NCBI GenBank assembly: GCA_947494545.1
Contig: CANLVH010000004.1
Location: 181,281-245,280, forward strand
Source of the DNA: an uncultured Mesonia sp.
GTDB taxonomy: Bacteria; Bacteroidota; Bacteroidia; Flavobacteriales; Flavobacteriaceae
DNA length: 64,000 bases
Direction of reading: 5' to 3'
Shown piece after piece: positions 1-7,230 of this stretch. Each line of letters begins with the position of its first letter. Position 1 is the first letter of the stretch. The notes beneath the pieces are model-generated. The model searched no databases. It had not been told where the DNA came from and saw only the letters and a program-made list of their open reading frames with translations. The position numbers and the translations under genes are program-made.

Positions 1-1
1 G

Positions 2-238
2 TCTCCAGCATTAAATTATGGGGAAGCTAGAAGTGTAGAATCTTCTCGAGACTTTTTACATAAAATGAAAATTTGTTTAAAAGAATTGAGAGAATCTTAC
101 GTGAATTTAAAAATTCAAAAAGGAGCTGGGCTAACTTTAAATTCAGAACTTTTAGAAGAATTATTAAAAGAGAATAACGAACTTATTTCAATTTTTGTGA
201 GGAGTGTAAAGACGGCTTCTTTTAAATTAAAATCTTAA
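2..238 (+). CDS. Four-helix-bundle protein (23S rRNA IVS-like family), 3' part; truncated by window start
   Basis: Manual translation SPALNYGEARSVESSRDFLHKMKICLKELRESYVNL...ELISIFVRSVKTASFKLKS*; the NYGEA..S..DF.HK..I.LKE.RE pattern is typical of the family. Confidence 0.85.
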   Translation, partial: SPALNYGEARSVESSRDFLHKMKICLKELRESYVNLKIQKGAGLTLNSELLEELLKENNELISIFVRSVKTASFKLKS

Positions 239-251
239 AATATTACGTTGT

Positions 252-1463
252 ATGACAAATCAACAATCAACAATCAACAATCAACAATCTTCAATTATTA
301 TTGCAATTATAGGAGCAGGAACAATGGGTAGCGGTATTGCGCAAGTTGCGGCAACCGCCGGATGCCAAGTTATGCTCTACGATACCAAACAAGAAGCATT
401 AGACAAAAGCAAAACCAAGCTGGAAAAAATCTTGTTTCGATTAATCGAAAAAGGAAGAATTGATGAAACAGAAAAAAATCGGATAGAAGGAAATATTTCG
501 TATGTAAACGCTTTAAAAGATTTGGCCAAAGCAGATTTAACCATCGAAGCAATTGTAGAAAACCTCGATATTAAGCGTAAAGTTTTTCAAGAATTGGAAA
601 GTTACCAATCTAGAGATGCTATCATAGCTTCTAATACGTCTTCGCTTTCTATAGCTAGCATTGCTGCTTCTTTAGAAAATCCGGAACGTGTTATCGGGAT
701 TCATTTTTTCAATCCCGCACCTTTAATGCCGTTGGTAGAAATTATTCCGGCCGTTCAAACTTCCGAAAAGGTAAAAGATAAAGTAGTACAAATTATAAGC
801 GACTGGGAAAAAGTTGGTGTACTTGCCAAAGACACGCCAGGCTTTATTGTAAACCGCGTGGCGCGACCATTTTACGGAGAAGCTTTACGGATTTACGAAG
901 AAGGAAAAGCCAGTTTTGCCGAAATTGATCAAGCTATGAAAGACTTAGGTGGTTTTAGAATGGGGCCATTTGAGTTGATGGATTTTATTGGAAACGACGT
1001 TAATTACACCGTTACCGAAACCGTTTTTGCAGCCTTTTATTACGATCCGCGTTACAAACCTTCCTTCACGCAAAAACGCCTATCAGAAGCTGGGTATCTC
1101 GGGCGAAAAACCGGGAAGGGTTACTACACTTATAAAGACGGCAAGCCTGTCATCCCGAGCGAAGTCGAGAAATCTCTCAACCAAGAAAAAGCAAATGAAA
1201 TCTTAGATCGCATTTTGGTAATGCTCATCAATGAAGCTGCCGACGCACTTTTCTTAAATATCGCCACGGCAAAAGATATAGATTTGGCAATGACTAAAGG
1301 CGTAAACTATCCAAAAGGTTTACTCGCTTGGGCCAACGAAAAAGGCATTGACTGGTGCGTAGAAAAAATGGATGCTTTATACGAAGAATACCACGAAGAC
1401 CGCTATCGCTGTAGTCCGCTGTTACGGAAAATGGCGAAAGAGAATAACAACTTTAACTTTTAA
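252..1463 (+). CDS. paaH: 3-hydroxyacyl-CoA dehydrogenase (PaaH-like)
   Basis: GAGTMGSGIA Rossmann motif, SNTSSLSI, GIHFFNPAPLMPLVE, DTPGFIVNR; paa gene neighbourhood. Confidence 0.85.
   Translation: MTNQQSTINNQQSSIIIAIIGAGTMGSGIAQVAATAGCQVMLYDTKQEALDKSKTKLEKILFRLIEKGRIDETEKNRIEGNISYVNALKDLAKADLTIEAIVENLDIKRKVFQELESYQSRDAIIASNTSSLSIASIAASLENPERVIGIHFFNPAPLMPLVEIIPAVQTSEKVKDKVVQIISDWEKVGVLAKDTPGFIVNRVARPFYGEALRIYEEGKASFAEIDQAMKDLGGFRMGPFELMDFIGNDVNYTVTETVFAAFYYDPRYKPSFTQKRLSEAGYLGRKTGKGYYTYKDGKPVIPSEVEKSLNQEKANEILDRILVMLINEAADALFLNIATAKDIDLAMTKGVNYPKGLLAWANEKGIDWCVEKMDALYEEYHEDRYRCSPLLRKMAKENNNFNF
255..289 (+). repeat. Heptamer tandem repeat (CAACAAT)x4 plus a degenerate unit
   Basis: Exact copies at 261-267, 268-274, 275-281, 282-288; encodes NQQSTINNQQ at the PaaH N-terminus. 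Confidence 0.95.
1148..1176 (+). repeat. CGTC-type REP-like palindrome embedded in frame in paaH
   Basis: TGTCATCCCGAGCGAAGTCGAGAAATCTC, translated as VIPSEVEKS; related copy on the minus strand at 51477-51499. Confidence 0.65.
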
Positions 1464-1474
1464 ATAAGTAGAAA

Positions 1475-1888
1475 ATGAAAAATGGCATTGTACGAAACAT
1501 TTTAGCAGTTATTTTAGGAGCTGTCTTGGGCGGTTTTATCAATATGGGAATAATAATGATAAGCGGCTATATAATTCCGCCACCTGCGGGAGCAGATTTA
1601 ACTACTCCAGAAGGATTGGAAGCGGCAAAAGATTTGTTAGAGCCCAAACATTTTATTTTTCCGTTTTTGGCACACGCTATAGGAACTTTGATAGGAGCTT
1701 TCATAACCGTAATTGTGGCCAAAAACCGTCATCTTATTTTGGCAATGCTAATTGGTTTTTTCTTTTTAATTGGGGGAATTGCAGCGGCCTTTATGATTCC
1801 ATCACCCACCTGGTTTGTGGTGTTAGATTTGGTCTTGGCTTATATTCCATTTGCTTGGTTAGCGTATAAAATTAGAAAAAAAATCTAA
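1475..1888 (+). CDS. Hypothetical membrane protein (about 4 TM segments)
   Basis: 137-aa ORF with several hydrophobic segments, co-oriented within the operon. Confidence 0.8.
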   Translation: MKNGIVRNILAVILGAVLGGFINMGIIMISGYIIPPPAGADLTTPEGLEAAKDLLEPKHFIFPFLAHAIGTLIGAFITVIVAKNRHLILAMLIGFFFLIGGIAAAFMIPSPTWFVVLDLVLAYIPFAWLAYKIRKKI

Positions 1889-1917
1889 TAGAAAGCATTA
1901 TTAAAATTAAAGTTTCG

Positions 1918-2349
1918 ATGAAAAATAAAGAAAATAAAAACAGTCTATCACCATTAAAAATTCCGCAGCATATGTTAGAAAATGATGCTTTCAGCCAATG
2001 GTTGGGGATTGAGATAGTAGAAGTGCAAGAAGGTTATTGTAAAGTGCAAATGCAAATCCGTAAAGAAATGCTTAACAGTATGAAAAAAGCCCACGGTGGC
2101 ATTACGTATTCTTTGGCAGATACCGCTTTTGGCTTTGCCTGCAACACTTACGGCAAAAAGGCAGTTTCTATAGAAACATCCATAAATCACATAGAAGCTT
2201 TAGAAGAAGGCGATATTATAACCGCAGAATCAGATGTAAAAAGCCAGAAAAACAAACTTGGTTTTTATATAGTAGAAGTAAAAAAACAAGAACAAATGGT
2301 TGCACTTTTTAAAGGCGTTACCTATCGCACGAGTGTAAACTGGGAGTAA
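1918..2349 (+). CDS. paaI: PaaI family hotdog-fold thioesterase
   Basis: DAFSQWLGIE...HGGITYSLADTAFGFA motif; paa context. Confidence 0.88.
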   Translation: MKNKENKNSLSPLKIPQHMLENDAFSQWLGIEIVEVQEGYCKVQMQIRKEMLNSMKKAHGGITYSLADTAFGFACNTYGKKAVSIETSINHIEALEEGDIITAESDVKSQKNKLGFYIVEVKKQEQMVALFKGVTYRTSVNWE

Positions 2350-2359
2350 AATAATCATT

Positions 2360-2451
2360 GGGGCGCAACCCTATCGGGTCGGGCTTTCGCGAGTCGCTTC
2401 CCGATTGCTTTCGCATCGGGAGAGCTTCAACAAACGCTCAATCCCTTGCAC
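2360..2451 (-). ncRNA. Flavo-1-like structured repeat, copy A
   Basis: Minus strand reads AGGGATTGAGCG...GCGAAAGCCCGACCC-hairpin-GGGTTGCGCCC; same architecture at 20771 and 52209. Family name assigned from recalled consensus, not from a covariance-model search. Confidence 0.55.
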
Positions 2452-2568
2452 AAAATAACAGACCATAAAATTTAAAAAATAAAATGTAAAAGTGAAAAGT
2501 TAGAGGGTTCGTATTAAAAACTTTATCTTTTGCATTCAAAATTTATAACTCAAAATTTAAAATTAGAA

Positions 2569-3774
2569 ATGAACGCATATATAATAGACGGAATAAGAAC
2601 GCCAATAGGAAATTATAAAGGAACATTGTCTCCAGTAAGAACAGACGATTTGGGAGCACTTGTCATTAAAGAAATTGTAAAAAGAAATCCGAATATTCCT
2701 AAAGATGCTTACGCCGATGTGATTATGGGCTGCGCCAACCAAGCCGGCGAAGATAATAGAAATGTTGCCAGAATGTGTTCGCTTTTGGCGGGTTTACCAT
2801 ACTCCGTTCCGGGCGAAACCGTAAATAGACTTTGCAGTAGCGGACTTTCGGCTATTATTCACGCCAATCGGGCAATAAAAACCGGAGACGGAGATTTGTT
2901 TATTTCCGGTGGTGTAGAACATATGACGCGCGGACCTTATGCTATTGCCAAACCTTCTTCCGCTTATGGAAATGATGCCAAAATGTACGATACCAGTTTT
3001 GGGTGGCGCTTTGTCAATCCAAAAATGCACGAGATGTATGGCACCGATGGCATGGGAGTAACGGCAGAAAATTTAGTAGATAAATACGTTATTTCTCGCG
3101 AAGACCAAGATGCTTTTGCATATTGGAGCCAAATGAAAGCCACCAAAGCCCAAGAAAATGGTCGTCTGGCAAAAGAAATTGTGCCTGTAGAAATTCCGCA
3201 AAGAAAAAAAGACCCTATTCACTTTAATCAAGATGAGTTTATAAAACCAAAAACCTCCAAAGAAATCTTAGCGAAGTTACGCCCGGTTTTCCGTAAAGAA
3301 GGTGGTAGTGTAACCGCAGGGAATGCTTCCGGACTTAACGATGGTGCTGCGGCAACTATTATAGCGTCAGAAGATGCTGTGAAAAAATACGATTTAAAAC
3401 CAATGGCAAAAATCTTGAGTTCTGCGGTAGTGGGGGTAGAACCAAGAATTATGGGAATAGGTCCCGTAGAAGCTTCTAATAAAGCTTTAGAAAAAGCAGG
3501 ATTAACCCTGAAAGATATGGATGTCATCGAGTTGAACGAAGCTTTTGCCGCACAAAGTTTGGCTTGTACCAGAGCTTGGGGATTAGAAGATAACGATTCC
3601 CGTCTAAACCCAAATGGAGGCGCTATTGCAATTGGTCATCCACTCGGCGTTACCGGAGCAAGACTAGCTTATACCGCAGCCTTAGAATTGCAACTTACCG
3701 GTAAAAAATATGCTCTAGTAACAATGTGCGTTGGAGTAGGACAAGGTTATGCTGCTGTAATAGAACGAGCCTAA
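2569..3774 (+). CDS. paaJ: 3-oxoadipyl-CoA/acetyl-CoA thiolase (PaaJ/PcaF)
   Basis: NRLCSSGL catalytic Cys, NEAFAAQ, GHPLGVTG, CVGVGQG; ATG at 2569 preferred to the TTG at 2530. Confidence 0.92.
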   Translation: MNAYIIDGIRTPIGNYKGTLSPVRTDDLGALVIKEIVKRNPNIPKDAYADVIMGCANQAGEDNRNVARMCSLLAGLPYSVPGETVNRLCSSGLSAIIHANRAIKTGDGDLFISGGVEHMTRGPYAIAKPSSAYGNDAKMYDTSFGWRFVNPKMHEMYGTDGMGVTAENLVDKYVISREDQDAFAYWSQMKATKAQENGRLAKEIVPVEIPQRKKDPIHFNQDEFIKPKTSKEILAKLRPVFRKEGGSVTAGNASGLNDGAAATIIASEDAVKKYDLKPMAKILSSAVVGVEPRIMGIGPVEASNKALEKAGLTLKDMDVIELNEAFAAQSLACTRAWGLEDNDSRLNPNGGAIAIGHPLGVTGARLAYTAALELQLTGKKYALVTMCVGVGQGYAAVIERA

Positions 3775-3905
3775 TTCCTGCGAAAGCAGGAATCTCAGGA
3801 GCAAGAGTAAAAGAGTTTTAGTCTGTGGGATATCTATGATAAGATATTAAGATTCCCACTTTCGTGAGAATACTGCGAAAGCAGGAATCTCAGGAGTAAG
3901 AGTAA
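3774..3905. repeat. REP-like doublet: ATTCCTGCGAAAGCAGGAATCT (3774-3795), degenerate inverted copy (3850-3871) and a second direct copy (3873-3905)
   Basis: 33-nt direct repeat 3778-3810 vs 3873-3905 with 1 mismatch; palindromic core with a GAAA loop; related copy at 15894-15921. Confidence 0.85.
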
Positions 3906-3988
3906 GAAGTTTGTGTTCTATAATTAATTGATAATGCGATTATTGTATTAAATATTTATTGATTATATTTACAAAAAATAAATATAAA

Positions 3989-4234
3989 ATGGCAACATTC
4001 ACATCTTCACTTCCCGATCATTTGCTAAAAGAACTGGCAGAAAAAGCTAAGGCATTAAAAATGCCTAAAAATAAGCTTATTGAAAAAGCGCTTGAAATTT
4101 ACTTAGAACAATTAGATCGTGCTGCGTATAAAAAATCCTACCAAAGAATGGCAAAAGACGAAGACATGTTAGCCATGGCTGAAGAAGGAATGGCAGATTA
4201 TTTTAAACAGCTTCAAGAGTTAGATAAAGAATGA
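3989..4234 (+). CDS. CopG/ribbon-helix-helix antitoxin
   Basis: MATFTSSLPDHLLKELAEKAK...KNKLIEKALEIYL RHH-like pattern; 4-nt ATGA overlap with the toxin gene. Confidence 0.8.
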   Translation: MATFTSSLPDHLLKELAEKAKALKMPKNKLIEKALEIYLEQLDRAAYKKSYQRMAKDEDMLAMAEEGMADYFKQLQELDKE

Positions 4235-4563
4235 AGCAAGGAGAAATTTGGGAAGTTTATTTTGATCCTGTAAAAGAAAGCGAGCAGGGAGGAAGACGTC
4301 CAGCAGTCATAATTTCTGGTAATTTGGTAAATGCAAATTTAAAGACAGTAATTGTATGTCCATTAACTAGCAAATTAAAAAATTATCACGGTAATTTAAT
4401 TGTGGAACCTTCCCAAAAAAACAGATTGAAAGCAAAATCAGAAGTGATGGCAATTCACGTTTGTTCCATATCTAAAGAGTGCTTTAAAAACAAATTAGGA
4501 GTTTTTAATAAAAAAGAAATGGCCGTAATTATTGAAGGCTTGAGTAAAATAATAAAGTATTAA
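4231..4563 (+). CDS. PemK/MazF family type II toxin (endoribonuclease)
   Basis: QGEIWEVYFDP..SEQGGRRPAVIIS...VIVCPLTS signature. Confidence 0.9.
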   Translation: MKQGEIWEVYFDPVKESEQGGRRPAVIISGNLVNANLKTVIVCPLTSKLKNYHGNLIVEPSQKNRLKAKSEVMAIHVCSISKECFKNKLGVFNKKEMAVIIEGLSKIIKY

Positions 4564-4607
4564 AGTAAAAATAGAAACGTTTTTTTACTGATTCTAAAAA
4601 TTAAAAA

Positions 4608-7145
4608 ATGCAAAAATTACAAAGTTATATTAACGGAAAATGGGTAAGTGGTTCTGGCGAAGGCGTCCCAATGTTAGATGCCGTAACCGGCGAAACCATT
4701 GCGTTAAGCGATACAAAAGGGCTTGATTTTGATCAAGCCTTAAAATATGGTAGAAAAAAAGGAGAAGCTTTACGGAAAATGACTTTCCAAGAACGCGGGT
4801 TAATGCTAAAAAAATTAGCGTTTTACCTGATGAAAAGAAAGAAAAAATTTTATGAAGTAAGTTACCGCACCGGCGCTACCAAAGCAGACAGTTGGGTAGA
4901 TATAGAAGGTGGATTTGGTAACCTTTTTGCCAATGCTTCTTTACGAAAAGTTTTTCCAAATCAGCCTTTTGATGTAGAAGGCGATCCTATAGATTTATCA
5001 CGCGGCGGTCGTTTTATGGGGCATCATATTTTGGTACCAAAAGAAGGTGTTGCGGTACATATTAATGCGTTTAACTTCCCGGTTTGGGGAATGTTAGAAA
5101 AATGTGCAGTCAACTGGATGGCCGGGATGCCAGCTGTGGTAAAACCGGCTACCAATACTTCTTTCTTAACAGAAGCGGTAGTGCGCGAAATCATTAATTC
5201 AGGAATTTTGCCCGAAGGCTCTTTGCAGCTTATTTCGGGTTCTGCACGTTCTATTTTAGATACCGTAGAATCGCAAGATGTGGTAACATTTACCGGCTCT
5301 GCAGATACCGGAAGACTCTTAAAATCGCATAAACGCTTGTTAGAAGAATCGGTTCCTTTTAATATGGAAGCAGATTCGTTAAACTCTTCTGTTTTGGGCG
5401 AAGATGCAAAACCCGGCATGCCGGAATTCGATTTGTTTATCAAAGAAGTACGTAACGAAATGACTTCTAAATGCGGTCAAAAATGTACGGCAATTCGTCG
5501 CGTTATTGTTCCGGAGAATTTGGTCGAAGATGTGCAAATTGCATTAGGAAAATCGCTGGGGAAAGTTACCGTTGGCGATCCACGTTTAAAAGAAGTACGT
5601 ATGGGTGCTTTGGTAAGCAAAGATCAAGTGCAAGAAGTACGTGAACGCGTGCAAGAAATGTCTAAAACCGCCAATTTGGTTTATGGCGATTTAGAAAATA
5701 TAAAAACCATAGGAGCAGATGCCAAAAAAGGCGCATTTATGTCGCCAATTGTGTTGCGAGAAGACAATCCGTTTGAAAATCTTGCTGTACACACTACAGA
5801 GGCTTTTGGTCCGGTAAGTACTATTATGCCGTACAAAAATTTAGACGAAGCTATAAAACTTTCCAAAATGGGTAAAGGTTCGTTGGTAAGTTCAATTGCT
5901 ACCGGCGATGATAAAATTGCTCGAGATTATACCGTAAAAGCAGCAACGCATCATGGTCGTATTTTGGTAATAAATAAAGAAAGCGCCAAGCAAAGTACCG
6001 GTCACGGTTCGCCATTGCCGCAATTGGTTCACGGCGGTCCCGGAAGAGCCGGAGGCGGAGAAGAAATGGGTGGTAAGCGCGGTATAAAACATTATATGCA
6101 GCGTTGCGCCATTCAAGGTTCGCCAACTACTTTAACCGAAATTACCGGTATTTATCAAGCTAATGCTAAATATAAAGAAGCAGAAAAACATCCGTTTGCG
6201 TACCATTGGGAAGATATTCAACCAGGAATGTCTTTAAAAACCCATAACCGAACCCTTACCGATACGGATATTGTTAACTTCGGGAATCTTACTTGGGATC
6301 ATTTTTATGCGCATACCGATATAACTTCTCTTGACGGAAGTATTTTTGAAAAACGAACCGCGCACGGTTACTTTATTATTTCCGCGGCAGCGGGATTATT
6401 TGTGTATCCTAATAAAGGACCGGTAGCAGCCAATTATGGTTTGGAAGAAATTCGGTTTTTGCGCCCGCTTTATCACAACGATACTATTCACGTACGTTTA
6501 ACCTGTAAAGAAAAGATAGATCGCGAACAAAAAGGAAGAGAATTACCAAGCGGAATCGTAAAATGGTTTGTAGAGGTTTTTGACACCAATGTAACCGATG
6601 GTAAATTGCCAAAAGACCAAGCAGAAGAAAAAGAGTCGCTTGTAGCAATTGCGACTATTTTAACAATGGTGCAAAAGAAACAAACAAGCTTTACGGAAAT
6701 TAATGAAGACGTGATTAATTCCGCTTTAGCGAAATTAAATGAAGACAGTAAACCGGCTTGGGGAAGTATGAAGCCGCAAGATTTGGTAGAACATTTAGAA
6801 GCAAGTTACCGAATTGCCTCGGGCGAAATTCAAGATTTTGACATTGTCACACCAGAGAAATATTTAGACGATACGCGTTCTACTTTATGGAATTATGAGC
6901 CGATGCCAAAAAATTTCAATTTCCCATTATACGAAGAAGGAAAGCTTCCGGAGTTGAGACATGAAAATTTAGAGGAAGCAAAGAAAAAACTTCGCGAAGC
7001 GCGAGAACAATATATTGAATTCTTTAAAGAAAACCCGGATGCAATTACTAAAAATGCCGTGTTTGGAGAGTTGACAAAATATGAATGGGAGTTACTAGAA
7101 CGCAAACACCTTAACCATCATTTTGAGCAGTTTGGATTGCTGTAG
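4608..7145 (+). CDS. paaZ: Oxepin-CoA hydrolase / aldehyde dehydrogenase PaaZ with an extra C-terminal DinB/DUF1569-like domain
   Basis: ALDH domain (INAFNFPVWG, EADSLN, GQKCTAIRR), MaoC domain (WDHFYAH, AHGYFIIS), then about 150 extra residues. Confidence 0.93.
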   Translation: MQKLQSYINGKWVSGSGEGVPMLDAVTGETIALSDTKGLDFDQALKYGRKKGEALRKMTFQERGLMLKKLAFYLMKRKKKFYEVSYRTGATKADSWVDIEGGFGNLFANASLRKVFPNQPFDVEGDPIDLSRGGRFMGHHILVPKEGVAVHINAFNFPVWGMLEKCAVNWMAGMPAVVKPATNTSFLTEAVVREIINSGILPEGSLQLISGSARSILDTVESQDVVTFTGSADTGRLLKSHKRLLEESVPFNMEADSLNSSVLGEDAKPGMPEFDLFIKEVRNEMTSKCGQKCTAIRRVIVPENLVEDVQIALGKSLGKVTVGDPRLKEVRMGALVSKDQVQEVRERVQEMSKTANLVYGDLENIKTIGADAKKGAFMSPIVLREDNPFENLAVHTTEAFGPVSTIMPYKNLDEAIKLSKMGKGSLVSSIATGDDKIARDYTVKAATHHGRILVINKESAKQSTGHGSPLPQLVHGGPGRAGGGEEMGGKRGIKHYMQRCAIQGSPTTLTEITGIYQANAKYKEAEKHPFAYHWEDIQPGMSLKTHNRTLTDTDIVNFGNLTWDHFYAHTDITSLDGSIFEKRTAHGYFIISAAAGLFVYPNKGPVAANYGLEEIRFLRPLYHNDTIHVRLTCKEKIDREQKGRELPSGIVKWFVEVFDTNVTDGKLPKDQAEEKESLVAIATILTMVQKKQTSFTEINEDVINSALAKLNEDSKPAWGSMKPQDLVEHLEASYRIASGEIQDFDIVTPEKYLDDTRSTLWNYEPMPKNFNFPLYEEGKLPELRHENLEEAKKKLREAREQYIEFFKENPDAITKNAVFGELTKYEWELLERKHLNHHFEQFGLL

Positions 7146-7166
7146 AAATTGGAAAAACAATAATAG

Positions 7167-7203
7167 AAAAAGCCGTCTAAAATTTGAAATTTAGACGGCT
7201 TTC
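7167..7203. terminator. Bidirectional intrinsic terminator
   Basis: AAAAAGCCGTCTAAA...TTTAGACGGCTTT hairpin between convergent genes. Confidence 0.85.
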
Positions 7204-7230
7204 TTATTTTAGTAAACTAAGTTTGCTGGT

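Noticed and set aside
2480-2565. Further heptamer tracts upstream of paaJ (TAAAATG TAAAAGT GAAAAGT; CAAAATT TAAAATT)
   Set aside because: Too short and A-rich to separate from background by eye; may belong to the same family but not supported.
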